NCBI GenBank assembly: GCA_047495785.1
Contig: JBLDXI010000054.1
Span: 2,976,001-3,040,000 of the forward strand
Reading direction: 5' to 3'
DNA from: Lepidodermella squamata
Taxonomy: Eukaryota; Animalia; Gastrotricha
DNA: 64,000 bases
Below, one piece after another: positions 10,790 to 23,546 of this stretch (position 1 is the first letter of the stretch; each line of letters opens with the position of its first letter). Both the position numbers and the translations under genes were made by a program. The notes beneath the pieces were generated by a model, which was not told the DNA's origin, made no database searches, and saw only the letters and a program-made list of their open reading frames with translations.

Positions 10790-11270
10790 ACCTCAGAGCC
10801 TGCTACTCGAGCATTAGTATGGATTTCAAAGACTTCGAGGCACAGTCGACCCACTTTTCGTCTGATTAGCGATGCAGCCTCCGCAATGCCCCATCACAGT
10901 AAGCTCGTGGCTGTGTTTTTAAACTTCAAGGCCGCCTTCGACACGGTCTGGCACGCTAGGCTATTACAATATTACAAAAATTAATTGTTTCTGAGGCCCT
11001 GGAGCTCTTGGTGCTCTTGGTGCGAATTTCCTTTCAGGTCAGAGACGGAGACGAGCTCAGCGAATCAAGGAAAATTCTTAGCTGCGGTGTGCCACAAGGT
11101 AGCTCGTTGAGTCCGCTGTTGTTCATATTTTACTGCGTGCAGACATAGAACCTCCTGAGATGAACCCCGACGACGGGCGAAAGGATTTCGCTATTTTGCA
11201 CCTATTTCGAACTGGAATAGGAGCAAAGCTTGTCGCCGGTGAATCTGGATAAAACTGGGCATTATTTATG
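10790..11270 (+). pseudogene. Decayed non-LTR reverse transcriptase fragment
   Basis: Translates, with frameshifts, to YGFQ..., VAVFLNFKAAFDTVWH and CGVPQGSSLSPLLFIFY; resembles ORF2 of the LINE at 45272-48250. Boundaries approximate. Confidence 0.75.
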
Positions 11271-11360
11271 GCCTCTGTTTCTGATTTTTCGGTGATATGA
11301 TCAATAACAGTTTTCTTGACATATAGGAAAAGATCTGCAACTATCTTTATTATTCACGGT

Positions 11361-12536
11361 TCACGGCTTCTTATAGCCGAAAAGCTCGTAATCAACGGTA
11401 AAATGTTTCCGAATAACATCATCTAACAAATATTTCCAAGTTCGCTCAATCAAAGACTTGTAGTTTCTTTTCACCCTTTTTGCTCTTTCGTTATCAGGCA
11501 ATAAAACATCGCGTCGACCTGTTAGCAGTCGCAAAATGTAATCTAGGTCACAGTCTGAATTGATGCCGTCCATTTCGCCAATAAAATCGTAGTCGATGGC
11601 GCAAAAGTTGCAAACATGCGTTTGAGGTCGCCAGTGGTGCTCCCATTCGAGGTAATTGCAGTCACTTGAGTTCAAGTAGAGTAGAAATTCCTCTAGTCTA
11701 ACAGGGAAGCCTCGCGATATTTCAGAACTAGTCGCATTTCTCCGAAATCGCCTCACGATGTCGCTCGCAATTGGCTGAAATTATTGGTGGAAAGTGAGAT
11801 TTGGACATAGAACGACAACGAGAATCAATATACCCCGAATATTCTAGTTGCGACGGGGCTATTTTGGGCCTCCGAAAGCTCTTCCCGCCATGCCGATACA
11901 ATGCGTTCGAAAGGATCTCGAACAAAAGCGACCTTGCGATAGGTCGCCAAAATAAGCTTGGCGCGATTCGAGCGGAACCGGCGCAAAGGCTGTAGATGCC
12001 TCGTCGGATTTCGCTCCAAGTATCGGTACATCTGCAGTTGCTGAGATCGGTTGAAGAAATACGAGTCTTCCAATAAGCCAGCGAGTCGAAGAATATTACT
12101 CCTAACAGCCGTATTTCCAACCTTGGGAGTTCTAAGGAAAAATTAGGAATTGAGCAGAATTTCTTTCCCTATTTTAGCTGGGATTGTTGACTTACGCGCA
12201 ATAAACGAGTTTGAACTTGTGATCGACAAGGAGATCGCCCCAAAATTGGTGAAAATCCAAGCTGAAATTTTTTCGTGAACGTTCAAATTCGGCCCAGTTA
12301 AGTTTGAAAACAGGCGCCGATGAGTTATTTTTATTGCTGGATTTCAGCCGCAAGCAGGTGTCCTTTATTCGCCTTATTCTCGCGTTGGCGGTCGCCAGAA
12401 TCACAGAATCGGAGGGACATTTTCTAGAGGTTATTACAACCCATTCAACATCGTGATAAGTGAAGATAAATAAGGCTAGGCTCAAAAAAGGTAGCGCAAG
12501 CAAAATATGGCTGATTAATTTGACTGTAAAATACAT
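11361..12536 (-). CDS. Carbohydrate sulfotransferase, copy 2, 3 exons
   Basis: Close paralog of copy 1 with the same motifs and intron positions. Confidence 0.88.
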
Positions 12537-13124
12537 TTTTAGCTTTGAGGAATTTTTTTTATTTCTGCACGACGGGGAGAAGTATGTATTGCGATCGGAC
12601 GCCTGTAGAAAATAAATGGTGAAAACAATCGTTTTGCTCTACTGAAGGCAATTAGGAAGGCGCGCGCGTTCGGAAAGAGAAAAAATGCGTTTTAGCCTGA
12701 ATCGTGATAAAATATTCTTCCTTAAAAGTTCAGACAAAATCGGCCATCCCGCATTTTTGGGCGTTATAGGTCAAAACTTGTCCCAAGTTTCAGAAAATCT
12801 GAGTTGATATAGGATGAAGATAATTTCAAATGAGAATCTAACAAAAATAATCGAAAAATTGATTCAGATTTGTCCCCAAATAATTATTATTTTTCATATT
12901 TTCAATTTAATTTGCATAATTATGCAAGAATTCTTTCAACTGCTAGATATATGCCCGGTAAAATCGGTTTCTCAATCTCATATTGATTCCTATGGTTTTT
13001 CGATGGCCATGACATAAAAAAACGGAGGGAGAGGTAGGGGCATACATTTTAATGAGATTTTATGATACACCCGTCGCTTTCAGAAAGAACGACCCTACTT
13101 CAGTTTATTTTTATATCATTTTAT

Positions 13125-14269
13125 TCATGGTTTATTGTATCCAAACAATTCATAATCAATAGCGAAATGTTTCTGAATAACACTGTCAAGCAAGGCCTTC
13201 CACTCAGGCCTAACTAACGAAATGTAGCTTCGTTTCAGTCTTTTTCCATGCCCACTACCAGGCGGTTTCGGAATAGTTTCCTGGCCAGTAAGCCGCCGCA
13301 TTAAATAATGAAGATCGCAGTCCGAGTTGACGCCATCCATCTCGCCAATAAAATCGTAATCAATTGCGCAAAAATTGCAAATATTAGTCTGAGGCCGCCA
13401 GTGCCGATTCAGATAACGAGGATTGTTCTGATAGTTCAAAAAGCAAAGAAATTCGCCCAGCGAGACCGGGAAACCTTGTGCAATTTCTGATTTCGTTGCA
13501 TTTCGGCGACACCTTTCAACAATTGAACTAGCCAGTTTCTATAAAAGTGAAAAATTAAAAAAAAAAATCGGAAAAATTAATTTTACAAACCTTGAATATT
13601 GCTTTATCAGGATCGTCGTTATTATCCGATAATTTTTCTCGCCATCCTGAGACAAGTCGTTCAAAAGGGTCGCGAATAAACGCAACTTTCCGATACGATT
13701 TCATAATTTCTTTCGCTTCATTCGTTGCGTAGAGCCTGAGAGGCTTTAGATGGCTATTTTGCTTCAAAAATCCTGGTCGATAAATCCGCATTTGCTCGGT
13801 TCGATTGTTGAAAAATGAATCGTCTATCACGCCTGCAATACGAAGTAAATAACTCCGTACAGTCGTTGATCCAGCTTTTGGGGTCCTAATAATAATGAAT
13901 AATTAAAAAATAAATTGAAAAATTAGGAATTTTAACCAACGAGCAATAGACAAGTTTCAGCTGATCATCAACCACGAGATCACCCCACCAATGTCGATAT
14001 TTAACATTGCCATCTAGCCGGAATCGATCAAACTCGTCCCAGTCCACTTCAAAATCGGTGATCGATGAAAAGCTGAAGTTGGATTTGAGGCGATTGCAGG
14101 AATTTTTCACTCGATTGACGCGATCTTCTACCGTGGCTAAAATTACTGCATCGTCCGGGCAGTCGTTTCGAGGTAGAACCTCTGTATTCAAAATTATCAC
14201 GGCTAAAAAAGCTAGGAAAATACACGCCAATACGGCATTTCGATGCTTGATTCGATTTCGTTGGCTCAT
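13125..14269 (-). CDS. Carbohydrate sulfotransferase, copy 3; exons 14269-13941, 13885-13591, 13538-13125
   Basis: YCS/TPKAGST, FIRDPFERLVSGW, HWRPQ; introns keep the frame. Confidence 0.87.
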
Positions 14270-14389
14270 TGCGGGAAATGAATGAGAGTAATTTTCAAAA
14301 AAAAATCGAGTTCGATTTTGAGGCACGCGTAACCTTTCACGCACAAAAAACACGTGATTAAATTGATAATATTTATTTTAGAAAAAAAA

Positions 14390-14767
14390 TTAAAAGCTGG
14401 GTGTTTCATTGCCATCTGTGAACACCTTAATGTTAAGCGTAATATGAGGACGGCGTTTGTCACTTTTTGACGTCGGATCGCCTTGCATAGCGTTAACATT
14501 GGGATGGTGATTTCTAAGCACTCGTCTCGTATGCTCCGCGTCAGAGTTTAAAACATGTCCGCTGTTTTTCGACGACTCAACCGCGCGATTTTTCGACCGA
14601 AAATACCGAAGCGGCGTGAACGGTTCGGCTGGTTTAATTGAATTGCTGGCAAAGTCGTAGACGTAATTTTCATCTTTATTGCCGGTTACCTCTTCAGCGG
14701 TCGATAAAGTGAAGAAAATGAAAATAAACGTGAAAATTGCTGAGTTGGCGAAGCATGAAAACATCAT
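14390..14767 (-). CDS. Small putative secreted protein of unknown function (125 aa)
   Basis: ATG start, hydrophobic signal-peptide-like N-terminus ending LSTA/EE, AATAAA just after the stop. No family recognised. Confidence 0.5.
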   Translation of the reverse strand: MMFSCFANSAIFTFIFIFFTLSTAEEVTGNKDENYVYDFASNSIKPAEPFTPLRYFRSKNRAVESSKNSGHVLNSDAEHTRRVLRNHHPNVNAMQGDPTSKSDKRRPHITLNIKVFTDGNETPSF

Positions 14768-15365
14768 ATTTTTAATGATTTTCTGACTGACCGAGATGAC
14801 CTAAAAGAATTGAATGTTATTAAGGATGAACTTGACCGAAGTCCGAGTAAATACCTTACTCATAATCTCAGCTTATTCTGTAATTTATTAATTTACTATT
14901 GATTAAATTACAGTCAAAAAGTTGCCCCAAAATCGCACTTAATGAGGTCAAAATATTTGCATCACTAGAACTGAGGTTCCAACCTTAAATTATTTTTTGC
15001 GTTGTCGACGTTATATTATCCTTTTGGGAAATGATTTTTAACTGATTGGCACCCTCAGCTATGCAGAAAAATTTCCAATGGTGACTTCCTAAACTGCTGA
15101 TATCGGAAAAATCACTGATTTGTGAAATCGATACTACAAATCGATATCAGCGCTCCAGGCTGAAGTTTAAGTCGTAAAATGATCGGCGATAGCGTAAAAC
15201 ACGCGTGGTGGTTAGACCTATCATTTTGGCTAGTTAATAAAAATGAAATAAAAAAACGCGAAACAATTTACTGGAGCCGTAAGTTTAGGGTGCGCAATAC
15301 CCATTTTTCATGCCAAAGTTAAAACCAGTCAAAAATTCCTAAAATATTATAAACATTTTATTTGT

Positions 15366-17873
15366 TCATGGTTTCACATAGCCGAACAGTTCATAATCGA
15401 CAGCGAATTGCTTTTTGATAACGCTATTGAGCAAACGTTTCCATTCAGGCTTGGTCAGTGATTTGTAGCTCAGTTTATGCGCCTTTTCGCGCTTCTTGCC
15501 GGGCAATGCCGTAACATCCGAGCGTCCATTCAGCATGCGAAGCACGAAATTGAGATCGCAGTTGGATTTTTCACCGTTCATTTCGCCGATGAAATCGTAG
15601 TCGATGGCGCAAAAACTGCAAACATGAGTCTGAGGCCGCCAGTGGTGGTCCATTTCTTTATAATTTTCGCTTTTCGCGTTCAAGTAACACAAAAATTCTT
15701 CGAAGCTAATAGGAAATCCTGTTGAAATTTCGTCGTCTGTAGCATTTTTGCGGCATTTTTTGACTATGGCACTAGCCTCAATCTGAAATAAAAATGAGAA
15801 TATTTTAGCGTCATAAATTACCCGAAAATGTATGCAAATTTATGTAACAATTTCATTCATTTCCAGAAATTGGGGGAAATTCTTAAAATCGCCAAAATTT
15901 GCAGACCAGTCGTTTTTTGAATTGATGCTCATATTCAATTTTCAAAACGCATATGGCTTCGTCCAAAGTTGCTGTATTTTTACCCTGAACATGTCTCTAG
16001 CAGGATCATCAATATTGTCAGTCAATTTTTCACGCCAAGCCGAGGCAAGGCGTTCGAAAGGATCGCGGACAAACGCAACTTTGCGGTAAGATTTCAGTAT
16101 TTCTTTCGCTCGATTGATTGGATACAGGTAGAGCGGCTTGAGACGGTCGCTGCTTTGTACCGCCAAATAGCCGTACAACTCCAATTGCTGTGTTCGGTTG
16201 TAGAAATAAGAATCATCGATAACACCGGCAAGTCGAAGAATGTTACTTCTCACTGCTGTATTGCCAGCTTTCGGGGTGCTTCCGTGAATGATAATTTCGA
16301 GTTTTGAAAAAATGATTTTAATAGCACTTACGCGCAATACATAAGCTTGTACTCATCGTCGACGAGAAGATCGAACCACCAATTGCGGTCATAAACGTCA
16401 GGATCAGTTCGGAACTGCTCGAATTCATCCCAGTCTGGCTCGAACATGACATGTTGCGATGATTCATCATTCTGCGACTTGAGCCTCGAGCAAACATGTT
16501 TCACTCGATCGATTCGGAAAATATTTTTTTTAACATCAAATTTACTTTTTTCAACATCAAATTACTTTTTCTATCATCAAACTCTTTTTTCAACAGCAAA
16601 CTTCAGAAATTATTATTTGATAGGGAAGAGTATGCTTTCATGATGAAGTTGTGGATTTCATGTGGTTACGACCTCGGGTGATGATAGCGGGACCCAGGCT
16701 CGTGCCAATGAGCTAAGGTGATCATATCTATAGAGGTGGAAACAGGTCGGGTTAACCGGCCGGTAAGCTGTAAGCTGACCGGTTGAGTCGGGTCGCGAGT
16801 TGGTTATGGGTCGACTAGTTTCCAGCCGGTTGACCGGGCTTTTCGGCATGAAAGAAAACCATATAGCGAATTTAACGCGGCTGTTAGACTCCCGCGAATA
16901 GTTACGAGTAGCACGCGTAAGAGATGAAAGGACGCTATTATCAACAATCAGGGGTCTGCGCTAATCGATTATTGGATTTTTGGTGATTCATAGTGGTTGA
17001 AAGACACTTTCAATTATAAAGAGACCTTGGATCTCCTAAATTGTTATTGTCGCTACATGCGAAAGTCCGGCTACGAACGATGTCAGTGCCGGGCAAAGTT
17101 GCTTCTCGACGGCGAGACATGGGTGCTGATGGCATATCCGGGGCGAAGCAGCGTCACAAGACCACTTCCCAACTAACGACACCAGTCGAGAAGCGAATAG
17201 AGAAGTATTACAATAGAATAGACACATCCCCAGGGTACGAGTTGAAAATCTCCATCGACATTGATAATACCCGCCCTCAAGACAGGGAGCGCGTGCGGCT
17301 TTTCAGTGCAGCGCAACGGCGTAAAACGTTCCCGCGGCTAAACCTTGAAGGGCCCTGGCTAATTTCACTCATTTGAATCATTGTCTTCGCAAAAATGAGT
17401 ATCGTGAAATTATTCGGACACATTTTTACAAAATCAATTTTTTTTGGCCAAAAATCAAATATTTGTCCGTAACTTTGCAAAATTGCAGCTAACTCAATTT
17501 TCCATATTTTTATAAACGGGTTCGACAGCAATAAACTAAATTGTTCGCCCAAATTTTCTGTTATTTTTCCGGACTGGTCATTATCAAGGGCTTTAATGAT
17601 TGTGGATCGCAAAAAATAACATATCAAAATTTGCTGTTGAAAAAAGTGTTTGATGATAGAAAAAGTAATTTGATGTTGAAAAAAGTAAATTTGATGTTGA
17701 ATAAAATGTGACCCATCGATTCGTCCAGCGACTGCTGCCAAAGTAGCAGAATTTTTGGGACATTCCGGCAGTGGCAAGATGGCTTTGTCGTAAATTATCA
17801 GCAAAAGGATGGTGGCGGAGGTTGAGACAGCTAAAGCCAAATAATGAAGCCGCAATATTCGAATTAGATACAT
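15366..17873 (-). pseudogene. Carbohydrate sulfotransferase, copy 4; exon 1 interrupted by an insertion at 16517-17714
   Basis: Removing the insertion and one TSD restores ...AVAGRIDRVKHVCSRLK...; downstream exons look intact (PKAGNT, FVRDPFERLASAW, HWRPQ). Confidence 0.82.
16517..17714. mobile_element. Non-autonomous Mutator-like (MULE) element, ~1.2 kb
   Basis: 9-bp TSD ATCGATTCG (16508-16516, 17715-17723); ~85-bp imperfect TIRs built of aacatcaaa subrepeats. Confidence 0.82.
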
Positions 17874-18878
17874 TGAAATTAAAAGTATTTTTATTTATTT
17901 AATGAAAGGAAATCACGGATGAATTAACATGACGACAGAGCATCAAAAAGCTAAAAACCGCACGTGGATTCTTGCACTGGTAAAGAATGGACATGGGTCG
18001 TACTTCGTCCGTTTTTTAGTTTGTTATTTTGTTATTTTGTTTGTTAATTTATATTTATAGATTAATTTTCAAAAATGGAAACTTGGCCTATAAACTTGAC
18101 CCAAGCGTAGAGATTATATTAACTTGATCCTCTAGTTTCCAAAGTAGACATAGGTATTTCATTAATTATTTTTGAATTTTTGGTAATTAATTAAGGCGAA
18201 ATTAAACTTAGAAATTAATTTCTTAATTTATTATGGCGGAACCAAATTTTGTAGAACCTTAGTCATAATATATTATCCCTTATTAAGTCATTTTTAAATA
18301 ATTCTACGAATTTTAGGCGAAGGATGACTTAAATTCAAACTTTGCCGTTCATCTCTGCCCAATAGCCAAGCTTAGGAACATGAAAACTCGGATCTTTATA
18401 TTCGACCCATGGCTCCAATCGATTCCAGAACTTTTTAGGAACCCTCGGGACTTCAAAATGACGTCCTTTAACGTAAAACAGGGTCCAATATTATTTGAGA
18501 GCCTAATTTCGAACGGCTTTTTCTAGCTCAAAGATTTTCCCAAACCAAGTAAAACTTTGCCGAATCAATATCGACTTTGGATTACTCGATATCCACGGCC
18601 ACCGAGTCCTTCTTGAAGCTCCCTCATTCAGGGAAACTTGGTTCTGAATGAGAATTGTTGTCGGACACTTAATTAAAGTAATATTTTCAAGGCAAGGAAG
18701 CGAACTGGTCCTTTATACATTTTTTGAGAGATCTTTTGAAGATTTCATTGCCTTTTGGCACCTGGATCTCCTTAATTATAAATTTATTAAATCGGAATAT
18801 TAGTTTTATTTCCTGCATTTTATAATTATTTCTCATACATCGATTATTATCATGATTCTCGAAGTTCATTAACACATC

Positions 18879-21800
18879 TAACGGCCTTGCTTCCTTAATA
18901 GAGGAGCCAATTGCCGCATCAAAGTCAGAACTTCTCCCGACCTTGGGCCGTGTTGAAACGGGGCGAGTCTGTAATAAATTGGAGTAATTTAAAATCCAAA
19001 TTAAAAAATTAATTACCGATAAGAGGCAAGAGCGTAATAGTCGGCCAAATTGCTTCGCAGGGCAACACTTGCAAGCTCAATGGCGGCCAACTATAATCAA
19101 TAATATATTAGAAAATTCGCAAAATAATTTAAAAATTTACCTCATATGTTGGGTTTATTTCAAGAGCTTCCGTGTACAAATGAACCGCATCTGAATCTCG
19201 TTTGTCCTTCTCCGCCACAATCCAAGCCAGCTATTTGATAATAAATATATTTTTTTTAATTAATCTCAAATAATTTTATCTTTACCGCTCGGATGACCTC
19301 TACATTTCTAGGTTCCAACTTTTTAGCTTTTTTCAGAACTTTTTTCGCGTTGGTAAAACTGGGATTGAAATAAAAAAATTACGATTTTTATGGAAAAATT
19401 CGCGAAAACTCACTCTCCCATAGCCAGGAAAAGGTTGGATTTTGCGACGAAAACCCGAGGGAAATCTGGTCTCAATCGCTCAGCCGTGTCCAGCATAGCA
19501 ATCGACCGATCAGCTATAACTTGTGTCTGGGCTAGAGCGCCTAAAAACAGCTCGCCATGCATGGTCTGTAAATTGACAAGATCCAGGTAGCAATCAACCA
19601 CGTGATTCGGTACGAATCCATTTCTCGGTATGCTGTAATTAGCCACAGCGATGCAATGTCGAAGGGATATATCGCAATGCCGGGCTAGAATGTCCAATGG
19701 AGGCTGACCTTTTGGTGGTTTGATCTTCTTGCCCTTTTTGAATAGGTTAACTTCGTCGATGCGTTTTTCGATTAGAGTTCGCATAGAGCGAGCTCGATTG
19801 AAGTGCGTTTTCGCCATTCGAGGATTGAGGCGAACGCTGAAGTCGAAATAGGCCAGCGCCTTGTGGCAGTCTTCCGTTGTCTCGCGAATATACGCGCCAA
19901 CGTTGACGAAAATTCGCGCATTTGAATTGGTCACTTTTAACCCAGCTTTGGACAGAATTATGTCAGATTCCCTTATAGAAAAGATTTAACATTCAATTTA
20001 ATGAAACGATAAATAGAGCAGCTTTATATGATTAAAAATGGGTCTTAGACAAACGTCGCGCAAATCAGAAAGGTGCGCACAAATTAGAGAAAGCGCGACA
20101 GGTAATATGCGCACTTTCGCGTACTAATTATGTTGCGCGATTTTTTATTATATTTACGCGACGATTTGGGTGAAACACCTTACTGGGTATTTAAAATCTT
20201 AGAGCCAATTATTAATAAAAGCCGCTTAACAATTTCGAAATTTTAGTCTAATTTCGAAGAATTTGCAATTATTGAGCATAAATTTCTCCGTGATTTTTAC
20301 CTTTTAATTTTATCAGAACTCAGAATTTCAGTCATTTTTCGAAAACATTTTTACCGTGATTAAAAATGGGCTCTGAATTATTACGCATAATTATTGGAAT
20401 TATTGAGGCTTATCAAAACTGAAATCGCCGCTAATTCTGAAAAAAATGTCAAATATATGAATATTTGAAATTTGGTCCGCTGAAACTGTGCCCCTGACCC
20501 CTGACTATAATTTGTTTTGCTTTGCATTTTTCATACCAGTCGTAGCTTCGCAATACAGTTCGAGCTGCCAAAAAGAAGCAGCAAATTGTGAGAAAAATCT
20601 TGACCAAATTCTGAGCTTTTTCCATCGAAATCGAAAAATAGCCAACAAGACGGCGAAGCCCGATAGCGACCAAGAGACAAAATCCAGCCGAAGGTGCGTA
20701 CAAAACCCGCTCAGCCACCACAAAGCCGACTGGTCCGAAAATATTCGACGAAGGCAGAAAAGTCGCAATATAGAGCGAAAATGCCAGCAAATAATGCGAA
20801 TCACCCTCATTTTTTCGCGACCTTGTCGAATTATTGAGAAGATCAACCAGTTTTGGATAACCAGCTGTCCATGTTTTGTAGATGAGACACGCGTAAATCG
20901 TGGCAGAAATTACGAAACGCGGATCTGCAGGTGATTTCACAAGCGGAATCGACCCATCGCCCCAATCGGCTGATAAATTTGCCGGATTCAAAGTGAGCCA
21001 TAAATTAAAAATCGGCAAAAATAAGTAGGTCAAGTGGCGCGTTGGAAATGGCTCAAAAGCAGCGGTGTTATCAAACATGAGAAATAAATCACTCTTCGGC
21101 GCTCCGAATTTGTAGAGCCGGAACAGGGCTAGAATGACAGTTGTGACTAAACTGCAAACGACTCGATGCCAGCTGAAATGTTTCGTACCGGCATATAGCG
21201 AAAATTCGATCATTATACACATCGGCAGTAACATGTGGCCCTGTTCCTTACTACCGACTGATAGAATTGATAGAATTAGGACTAGAAGGCCGTAGCCGAT
21301 TTTTTCACGTTGGGACAACTCAGACGCGGCTGATTTACAGTAGAAAATAGCTGCGAGGAACATGAAGAACGTGCAAACTAGTTCAGCTTGTCCTACCCCA
21401 CCGCAAACAGCTTCGACGTGAATCGGGTGAACGGCGAATAGGAGCGAGGCAATGAAAGCTGTTGAGAATTTCCCGGCAATTTTTGTGCTAGTAAGAATAT
21501 TTATCAACTGATAGAAAGACAGCGTGACAAGCCAATGCAGGACTATGTTGATGGCGTGAAGTAGAGCTGGGTGAGGGCCGGAGTCCAAATTAGCGTTGTT
21601 CAGGTAATTTGAGGTCAAGATTGATTGGGCCCGGTACATCGCAGTTACCAGCGGCCTGAAAGATCCATGGCAGGAAGACTAAAAAAAATTGGGAATAATA
21701 TGATTTTTTTGTTTTTTTTTTAGAAAAATTTACCGCATTTAAATCCTGTCCCCAAAAATCAGAATTAAATAGAGCGTGAAGCAAGGGTGTTTTTCGGCCG

Positions 21801-21940
21801 AGTACAACGAGGTTCCACTCGATACCAGGGTGGTCATCCATCGTGTGGCCATTTGTCAGCGATTTCAGGTAAATCAGTGTCGAAGCCGCTGTTAGCATCA
21901 GCAGCTCGATTATACTGGCATCGCTCAGCGATAACTTCAT
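18879..21940 (-). CDS. TMTC-like protein O-mannosyltransferase (multi-TM + TPR); 3' end uncertain
   Basis: MDD, DFWG, SFRPL, LFAVHPIHVEAV, GFVVAERVLYAPSAGFC motifs. Predicted exons 21940-21734, 21678-20537, 19971-19414, 19358-19286, 19230-19141, 19090-19017, 18968-onward; TPR-like C-terminus. Confidence 0.88.
20040..20180. mobile_element. Small MITE-like inverted-repeat element in a TMTC intron
   Basis: aaacgtcgcgcaaat near the left end pairs with atttacgcgacgattt near the right end. Confidence 0.45.
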
Positions 21941-22097
21941 TTTTCAGGTAAAAGAAAAAATAATAAAAAGCATAAATTCCACGCTGCAATTTCAAAGGCC
22001 TCGCCCTCAATAGCAGCGCGTCTTTTGATTTATTTTTCTCATATCTTTTCACTGCGGATTTTTATTCACAAAATTTCAATTTGTGTACCAGTTTTTT

Positions 22098-22657
22098 CGA
22101 GCTCATTTGAAATTGACCATGACAAGTGAAAAGTGGGGTTTGGAGAATATTCTTTATTTTCCAGCAAATCGCATGAAGTAGTTGACTTGATGATCCTTGG
22201 ATTACAAGAGGTTCTTCCTCAGTTTTTCTTGGGGATTTTGAATTTTTAAATTTCAGACCTCTAGGAGGTTCCCATCCGCCTCAAAAAGGAAAACGCAAAG
22301 TGTGCCGAAAAGGCTTATCGATTTGGATTCCACCAAAATGTTTGAGTATCTAACAAGATTCCTAACCTTAGATTACCCCGAAAATGTCAACTGCGCATAA
22401 GAAAATAAAATCTTAATTTATTGCTTGACGAATTATTTATTGATGCAATAAAAAACATGCGCGCGCATTTTTCGAAATTAGCATATTCCAAACTTATAAA
22501 CCCATTATCTCAGCAACCGAGATGACTATCGACCTATTTTTGATATCGTTCGACTCCTCGTTCAATGATCTTGAAAGCGGCATCAAAATCTCACGATGCC
22601 AAAATTTTTGTCAAACCCTACTTTTCACTTGTTAACGGTCATTTTCAAATGAGCTTG
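22098..22657. mobile_element. Non-autonomous TIR element, related to 30930-31525
   Basis: ~40-bp imperfect TIRs (gagctcatttgaaattgacc...aagtgaaaagt); interior resembles the reverse complement of 31200-31520. Confidence 0.55.
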
Positions 22658-23546
22658 CCATTTGAAAATAAATTAGGAATTTTTTGGTTTTTTTTCGGAC
22701 CAGCATGGACCAGCAAATGTGTCTTTGTCACGTGTCGTGAAGTTTTGTTGCGGTTTTGCGCGAAAAACCGCAGCTGATATGTTGTATATTCGCAATATTT
22801 TTCGCCGTTTATATCTGACAATAATTTGCCGCTGTTTTATCAGGGCCGAGCCGCGAGAGAAGATGATGGCCATAAGTGTCTTCCTTTATTTACACTAACA
22901 ACAAACAACAAGTGGTAAAAAGAGCATATCATCATCATCATCAGCTGTGGTCTCTTTTCGTCATCATCAGGTGGGTTTTAGGTCGTGACCGTGGTGACGA
23001 TGATGATAGTAATAATAATAATAATAACAACGAGCCATCCCTTAATGAAAACCAGCCATTTAGATATATGAATAAGTATATGTTTTTTACCAACATAAAT
23101 ATATACATCGTGTTTAATAATATTGAGTACCGCACGAGTACCACTCGCGCGCGCGCGTAAATGTTTTTATTTGCCTTAAAAATAAATAATAATAATATGT
23201 TGTAATGATGAAATTTGTGAATGCGCGTATATTTTTCGGAAAAAATACCCGGGCGCGCGCATTTTTACACACCTCTCACGAGACAATAGAGGGTGATGTG
23301 TGTGTATTAGGCACCCGTCGCCGCTTATTTTTCACGCACTTTGGTACCACGGGTGCTTTTCGCCGCTCTATAGAACGCGCAGATAATTAACAAGCTATTA
23401 AGCACTTTCTAGGCTTCCTTAAAAATACCAGAATAAATACAATTTTCATATTTTTTAGATGTTTTTTCACTGAAATCGGCTCGATTAAAAAAAACCTGGG
23501 AATGTTTTGATTGGATTTGCCACCTGAACACGCCCTAAAATCGGGA

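Noticed and set aside
17277-17873. Novel 198-aa membrane protein
   Set aside because: It is a chimera of sulfotransferase exon 1 and transposon sequence.
22860-23390. Compositionally odd segment with (AAT)n, (CAT)n and CGCG runs as a gene or Helitron
   Set aside because: No recognisable protein, termini or TSD could be supported.
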